From Erysipelothrix inopinata (GTDB taxonomy: Bacteria > Bacillota_I > Bacilli_A > Erysipelotrichales > Erysipelotrichaceae): a stretch of 32,000 nucleotides of DNA. The stretch covers positions 660,001-692,000 of the forward strand of contig NZ_CP060715.1 in assembly GCF_014396165.1 (NCBI RefSeq), written 5' to 3'. The translations under genes and the position numbers were made by a program. This document shows positions 26,968-32,000 of this stretch, one piece after another (within the stretch, counting starts at the first letter, position 1; each line of letters starts with the position of its first letter). The notes beneath the pieces were generated by a model, which was not told the DNA's origin, did not search any database, and saw only the letters and a program-made list of their open reading frames with translations.

Positions 26968-28077
26968 ATGCTCGATCAAATTTATGCAAAAATGGATGAG
27001 TTAATGCCAGATCTCCTAAAATCAATACAACGTCTTGTGGCAATTGAATCTGTTGAAGGTGTGCACACAGAGGATGCACCTTATGGTGAAATGCCCAAAA
27101 AAGCGCTTCTAGAAGTTCTCGCTATCGCTGAAGAATTAGGGTTTAAAACAAAAAACATAGATAATATTATTGGTTATGCACAATATGGTGAAGGAGATGG
27201 TGATTATATCGGTATCTTTGGTCATGTTGACGTCGTTCCTTTGGGTGAAGGGTGGTCTTATCCTCCATTAGGTGGAACGATTGATAAAGGTCGTATTTGG
27301 GGTCGTGGCGTCCTTGATAATAAAGGGCCAATTCTTACAAACCTCTATGCACTTTATGCACTTAAGGAGCTCGGTGTAACATTCAATAAACCGGTTCGTA
27401 TTGTATTTGGTACCAACGAAGAATCTGGGTTTGGTTGTGTTAAACACTACCTTACTAAAGAAAATCCTCCTGTATTTGGATGGACACCCGATTGTAAATG
27501 GCCAGCAGTTTATGGTGAAAGAGGGCGTGCGTTAATCCAATTTGTAAATCACGGATCGCAAGAAGTTTTCAATGATTTCGTTAATGAATATATTCTTTCA
27601 AGCCCAAATAATGGCGTGAAACTCGGTATTAACGTTAAAGATGAAGACTTTGGTGAGATGATTATGCGTGGATATAAACTGGGTATGTCAGATGACAATT
27701 TGTTTTTCCAAATCTCGTTAAGTTATCCAAAAGTGAAAACAGTGGATGAATTGATTGAAATGATTCGTAGAGTAACTCCGGAAAGTATTGAAGTGGTATG
27801 TGCTCATAACTGGGATCCTGTATTTTATGATAAGGAATCAGACGAAATTACATTACTAACAGATGCATATGAAGAAGTAATGGGTGAACGCTTGGCTCCG
27901 GTAACGACAACAGGAGGGACTTATGCAAAAATTATTCCTAATATTATTGCATTTGGACCAAGTTTTCCAGGTCAAAAGGATATTGCTCACTTACCAGATG
28001 AGTGGATGAATCTTGATGATATTTTGAATAATGGTAAAATATATAGTAGTGCACTCTACAAGTTGAGAAATCTATAA
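26968..28077 (+). CDS. M20 family dipeptidase (PepV/Sapep-like)
   Basis: GHVDVVPLGEGW, GRGVLDNKGP, GTNEESGF, TPDCKWPAVYGERG, GGTYAK and AHLPDEW are present. At 369 aa it is about 100 aa shorter than typical PepV. Confidence 0.82.
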   Translation: MLDQIYAKMDELMPDLLKSIQRLVAIESVEGVHTEDAPYGEMPKKALLEVLAIAEELGFKTKNIDNIIGYAQYGEGDGDYIGIFGHVDVVPLGEGWSYPPLGGTIDKGRIWGRGVLDNKGPILTNLYALYALKELGVTFNKPVRIVFGTNEESGFGCVKHYLTKENPPVFGWTPDCKWPAVYGERGRALIQFVNHGSQEVFNDFVNEYILSSPNNGVKLGINVKDEDFGEMIMRGYKLGMSDDNLFFQISLSYPKVKTVDELIEMIRRVTPESIEVVCAHNWDPVFYDKESDEITLLTDAYEEVMGERLAPVTTTGGTYAKIIPNIIAFGPSFPGQKDIAHLPDEWMNLDDILNNGKIYSSALYKLRNL

Positions 28078-28089
28078 GAGGAGATCAAA

Positions 28090-29484
28090 ATGAGAGACAG
28101 CGAATACAGAATTGAACATGACTCACTTGGTGAAGTGAAAGTTCCTAGCCATGCATTGTATGGTGCTCAAACCGTACGTGCGATGCAAAACTTTCAAATT
28201 ACGGGACGTCATGTGAATGATATGATGTATATTTCTTTAGCACAAGTTAAGAAGGCTTGTGCCTTAGCAAACTTTGAAGTGGACGAACTAGATCAAGTTC
28301 GTAAGGATGCTATTGTAATTGCTTGTGATGAAATCATTAGTGGTAAATTCAAAGATGAATTTGTTACGGATGCAATTCAAGGTGGTGCCGGAACTTCAAT
28401 GAATATGAATGTGAACGAAATCATTGCGAATCGTGCTGCGCAAATTGTGGAGAAACCGATTGGTGTTTATGACTTCATTCATCCCAATGATCACGTTAAC
28501 CGTGCTCAATCAACCAATGATATTATTCCTACTGCGGGGAAATTAACCGTTCTTAATCTTGGAGAACTCTTATTAGAAGAAATGGAATTTCTTGCTGAAA
28601 CATTCCATGCGAAAGCGTTGGAGTTTGAACCTATTATTAAAGTAGGGAGAACCCATCTTCAAGATGCCGTTTTAATTTCAATGGGCCAAGTCTTCCATAG
28701 TTATGAATCTGTTGTGCGCCGTGATATATCACGGGTTCAACATGCTCTAAGTGAAATGCAAATCGTAAACTTAGGCGCGACAGCTGTTGGTACAGGAATT
28801 AACTCAGTGCCAGGATATCGTGAACATGCTGTTACAAATCTTTCTCGAATCACTGGGAAGTCATTTGTAAGTGCTGAAGATTTAATTGATGCAACGAAAC
28901 ATATTGATGGATTTGCACATGTTCATGCCTCATTAAAAACGTTTGCAATCGGTCTTTCGAGAATATGTAATGATATTCGAATGATGGCATCCGGTCCAAA
29001 AGTTGGGTTTAATGAAATCTTTTTACCTGAAAAACAACCCGGAAGCTCAATTATGCCAGGAAAGGTGAATCCTGTTATTCCTGAGGTTGTAAACCAAGTT
29101 TGCTTCCAAGTTATTGGTAACGATGCGACGGTAAGTATGGCAGCAGAGGCAGGCCAAATGGAACTTAATGTATTTGAACCTGTCCTATTCTATAACTTGT
29201 TTGAATCGTTAGAAATATTAAGACATGCATGTATGACCTTAAGGGTTCATGCAATCCAAGATATTAAAGTAAATGAACATCGTGTTCATGATTATGTGGA
29301 ACACTCATTAGCAATGGCTACAGCACTTGTTAAGTACTTGGGTTACTCTAAAGTATCCGAAATTACCAAACAAGCTCTAAAAGAAAACAAATCATTACGA
29401 GCAATCGTATTAGAACAAAAACTTATGACGGAAGCAGAAGTTGATGAGGCGTTAAGACCAGAAGCAATGATTCATCCAAGATAA
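28090..29484 (+). CDS. aspA: aspartate ammonia-lyase
   Basis: The aspartase-type signature GSSIMPGKVNPVIPEV (not the fumarase PTQCEA), GGAGTSMNMN and HPNDHVNRAQSTND are present. Confidence 0.92.
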   Translation: MRDSEYRIEHDSLGEVKVPSHALYGAQTVRAMQNFQITGRHVNDMMYISLAQVKKACALANFEVDELDQVRKDAIVIACDEIISGKFKDEFVTDAIQGGAGTSMNMNVNEIIANRAAQIVEKPIGVYDFIHPNDHVNRAQSTNDIIPTAGKLTVLNLGELLLEEMEFLAETFHAKALEFEPIIKVGRTHLQDAVLISMGQVFHSYESVVRRDISRVQHALSEMQIVNLGATAVGTGINSVPGYREHAVTNLSRITGKSFVSAEDLIDATKHIDGFAHVHASLKTFAIGLSRICNDIRMMASGPKVGFNEIFLPEKQPGSSIMPGKVNPVIPEVVNQVCFQVIGNDATVSMAAEAGQMELNVFEPVLFYNLFESLEILRHACMTLRVHAIQDIKVNEHRVHDYVEHSLAMATALVKYLGYSKVSEITKQALKENKSLRAIVLEQKLMTEAEVDEALRPEAMIHPR

Positions 29485-29494
29485 GGAGATTAAC

Positions 29495-30235
29495 ATGAAA
29501 TATTGTATTGAGGTATGTGCGGGATCAGTTCGTGACTGTGAAATAGCACAAGAATGTGGTGCACATCGTATTGAATTAAATAATGGTGTTCATCTTGGTG
29601 GATTAACACCAAGTATTGCGACTTTGATTAAAGCAAAAGAAGTGACGACATTACCGATTGTCAGTATGGTTCGCGTTCGTCCGGGAGGTTTTCATTACAC
29701 ACCTCTTGAAATCGAAACCATGTTTGAAGATGCAAAACATTTGATAAAACATGGAACGGATGCGCTCGTGTTTGGCTTTTTAAACGCTGACAGTTCAGTC
29801 GATATCGAAACGACAAAGAGATTTGTAGATTTATGTCACGAAAATGATGTCGAAGCAGTATTCCATCGTGCATTTGATCGTGTTGATAACCCTTATAGTG
29901 CTATTGAAGCACTCATTGATTGTAAAGTCGACCGAATTCTTACCAGTGGTCTTAAGAGCACTGCTCAAGAGGGTTTAGATTTACTAGGAGAACTTCAAAG
30001 CAAATATGGAGATAAAATTGAATTGTGCCTTGGCGCGGGTGTCAATGCTGAGAATGCTAAAGAACTCATTGAACGAAGTGGTGTTACACAACTTCACGGA
30101 TCGTTCAAAGGTTGGTACCAAGACCCTACTACTAAAGGGAATGATGTATCTTACGGATACAGTGAACTTGGCGATTACGATGGTGTTGATCCTGTAAAAC
30201 TCAAGAAGATGCTGGATACAGTCAATCAAATCTAA
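29495..30235 (+). CDS. cutC: CutC-family TIM-barrel protein
   Basis: IEVCAGSV..A...GA.RIELN....GGLTPS, RPGGF.Y, FHRAFD, ILTSG and GAGV resemble E. coli CutC along the full length. Confidence 0.88.
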   Translation: MKYCIEVCAGSVRDCEIAQECGAHRIELNNGVHLGGLTPSIATLIKAKEVTTLPIVSMVRVRPGGFHYTPLEIETMFEDAKHLIKHGTDALVFGFLNADSSVDIETTKRFVDLCHENDVEAVFHRAFDRVDNPYSAIEALIDCKVDRILTSGLKSTAQEGLDLLGELQSKYGDKIELCLGAGVNAENAKELIERSGVTQLHGSFKGWYQDPTTKGNDVSYGYSELGDYDGVDPVKLKKMLDTVNQI

Positions 30236-30237
30236 AA

Positions 30238-30272
30238 GAAACACAGATGTCCTCAGTACATCTGTGTTTTAT
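30238..30272 (+). terminator. rho-independent terminator after cutC
   Basis: The 10-bp stem ACACAGATGT / ACATCTGTGT has loop cctcagt and is followed by TTTtaT. Confidence 0.85.
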
Positions 30273-30291
30273 ATTATGAAGAGAGGATATT

Positions 30292-32000
30292 ATGAACAAA
30301 GAAATAGAATCAATCATTAATAGAGATTATGAGTTACGAAAGAATCTTTATGAGCACATTGATATAAAAAAATACGATGGTGAAAGAAGTTTATATGCTA
30401 AATATGTTCTTGCGTATCTTTCAGAAGCAGATGTTCAAATTACTCAAATAGAACTGGATGATTTTGTAGAGAACACGTATGCAGTTAAAGATGCTTACCA
30501 TCAAAATATACCGGATCAAATATTTTATGACTATGTATTACAACCCAAAGTTAATAATGAAAGACTTGATGCATGTCGACAATATTTTAGAGGACTCACT
30601 GAAGGAATGCTTGGCGATGATTTGAAAGAAACTATTTTTGCGCTTAATTATTGGATGATAGGTATCGTTCAGTACCGAAGTACAGATGCTCGTACACAGT
30701 ATGCGTCACTGACTTATAAAAATGGTACCGGACGTTGTGGCGAAAAATCCACATTTCTAGTCCAAGTTTTGAGAGCGAACGGAATACCTGCACGTCAAAT
30801 ATATGCACCATGGTGGACACATAGTGATGACCGTCATGCATGGGTGGAGGTTTATATCAATGGTGAGTGGCATTATCTTGGTGCAGGCGATGCAGAAGAA
30901 AACTTTGATACTGCGTGGTTTACACTTGCAGCATCAAGAGCACTCGTTGTGCAATCAAACCAATTCTCTAGCTTACCAACCCCTGAACCAGTTTTAGAAG
31001 ACCATGGAATTTATAAGAAAATCAGCGTGATACAAAGATATAATCGTACTCATGAGGTAGAGGTGGAAATTGATGTAGAACCAATTAAAGCGGTGAGTGT
31101 TTGTGTGGTCAATTATGGAAACTTAAAGAAAGTGGTAACTCAACCCGTACTTAATGGAAAAGCTGTATTTACATTGGGTGGTGGTGATGCATTTGTATAT
31201 GCTCAAGTAGGGGAAAAACACTATTTAGAACCTATTAGTGAGAGCACTCGAAGTGTTGTTTTGAATAACAATTCTTTAATCGAAGATGAAAATGTTGACC
31301 TAGTTCAAAAGGCACAGGACCTTCATTTGAAACCTAAGTCGAGCACAGAAGTTGAAGCACAGCGAAAAGTTCAACGTAAAAACGAGGGTTTGAAGCGTTA
31401 TCGTGAAAGAATTGCGACACTTGATGAACAACGAACTAAAGTGGAGCCACAAAACATTCAAGAACTTAGAGCAAGAATTGGGGATGTTCGAACCGAAGAA
31501 GTACTCAGTTTGCTTTCGGAAAAAGATCAGTATGATTTTGATGCAAATATGTTGGCTGAACACTGCGATATCGTAGAAAAATATAGAGGAAAATACCCAA
31601 TTCAAATTTTTAGAGAGAGCATCCTCAATCCGCGTGTCGCGTATGAAAACATTGTTGCCTACGCCAAAGTATTTGAATCTTATTGCGAAGACAATCCTCT
31701 AGAAATATATAAGAGTGTTATGAATGGTGTGAGCGAAAAATCCGAATATTTTGTTGAAGATACGATTATGCCTTTTACAGAAGTGATTCGTAACAATGTT
31801 GGTACTTATTTTGATAAACAACTCACCATAGTTGCAATATGTCGTAGCAAAGGGATTCCCGCACGCTTTAATGACGTTAACAATGTTGTGGAAATATATA
31901 CCGATGGCAACTATCTTAATATTGAAAGAAAACCGGAGTTTAATGTTAAGCTTACGGAAGAAATGGCTAAATACACTGTCAGTTTGACACCAAGCAATCC
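30292..32000 (+). CDS. transglutaminase-core (PNGase-like) domain protein, 5' part (runs off the window)
   Basis: Manual translation from ATG 30292 (RBS agagagga) stays open to the window end (over 569 codons). GTGRCGEKSTFLVQVLRANGIPARQIY..DDRHAWVEVYINGEWHYLGAGD gives Cys149 (30736-30738), His182 (30835-30837) and Asp200 (30889-30891). A second, Cys-less repeat (GTYFDKQLTIVAICRSKGIPARF) lies near 31800-31870. There is no signal peptide. It is absent from the ORF track because no stop lies in the window. Confidence 0.75.
   Translation, partial: MNKEIESIINRDYELRKNLYEHIDIKKYDGERSLYAKYVLAYLSEADVQITQIELDDFVENTYAVKDAYHQNIPDQIFYDYVLQPKVNNERLDACRQYFRGLTEGMLGDDLKETIFALNYWMIGIVQYRSTDARTQYASLTYKNGTGRCGEKSTFLVQVLRANGIPARQIYAPWWTHSDDRHAWVEVYINGEWHYLGAGDAEENFDTAWFTLAASRALVVQSNQFSSLPTPEPVLEDHGIYKKISVIQRYNRTHEVEVEIDVEPIKAVSVCVVNYGNLKKVVTQPVLNGKAVFTLGGGDAFVYAQVGEKHYLEPISESTRSVVLNNNSLIEDENVDLVQKAQDLHLKPKSSTEVEAQRKVQRKNEGLKRYRERIATLDEQRTKVEPQNIQELRARIGDVRTEEVLSLLSEKDQYDFDANMLAEHCDIVEKYRGKYPIQIFRESILNPRVAYENIVAYAKVFESYCEDNPLEIYKSVMNGVSEKSEYFVEDTIMPFTEVIRNNVGTYFDKQLTIVAICRSKGIPARFNDVNNVVEIYTDGNYLNIERKPEFNVKLTEEMAKYTVSLTPSN

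Noticed and set aside
1-32000. Scan for tRNA/rRNA genes, CRISPR repeats, IS elements, integrases, prophage genes and long direct repeats
   Set aside because: None was recognised by eye. Intergenic regions are short except 21189-21634, and all large ORFs have metabolic or housekeeping assignments. There is no sign that the accessory-looking loci are on a mobile element within this window.

Overview
This is a low-GC (roughly 36-37% by eye), densely coding Bacillota-type chromosomal segment using the standard code (TGA is a stop, e.g. at 7568-7570). I found no rRNA, tRNA, CRISPR array, transposase or integrase. All calls come from reading the supplied translations and the DNA by eye; no searches were run.

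Positions 1-9.6 kb hold housekeeping genes: a YitT-family membrane protein fragment, a small membrane protein, alanine racemase, TypA/BipA, RmuC, a patatin-like lipase and an aldo-keto reductase. A P1B-4 type (SPC/HEGST) metal ATPase follows, with a near-perfect Fur-type 7-1-7 box in its promoter.

Positions 9.6-16.2 kb hold a sugar-acid locus. It has a divergent Eda-type aldolase, an ascorbate-family PTS (EIIA-EIIB-EIIC), a KpsF/GutQ-like SIS isomerase lacking CBS domains, a DapA/KDG-aldolase-family lyase and an MtlR-type PRD activator.

Positions 16.3-32 kb are the most interesting part. One operon encodes malic enzyme, FumC, a LicR-like PRD regulator and EIIA(Lac). The next encodes EIIB and EIIC of the lactose/cellobiose/chitobiose family, a stand-alone GrdB-N-domain-like protein, a degenerate M42 homologue, an intact M42 peptidase, a signal-peptide-less glycosylasparaginase-like Ntn hydrolase, a PepV-like M20 peptidase, aspartase and CutC. 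A PNGase-like (GRCGE) transglutaminase-fold protein follows. No glycoside hydrolase is present.

I interpret this as a candidate undescribed PTS-dependent Asn-linked glycopeptide (GlcNAc-Asn) catabolic system that carries the Asn moiety through Asp, fumarate and malate to pyruvate.
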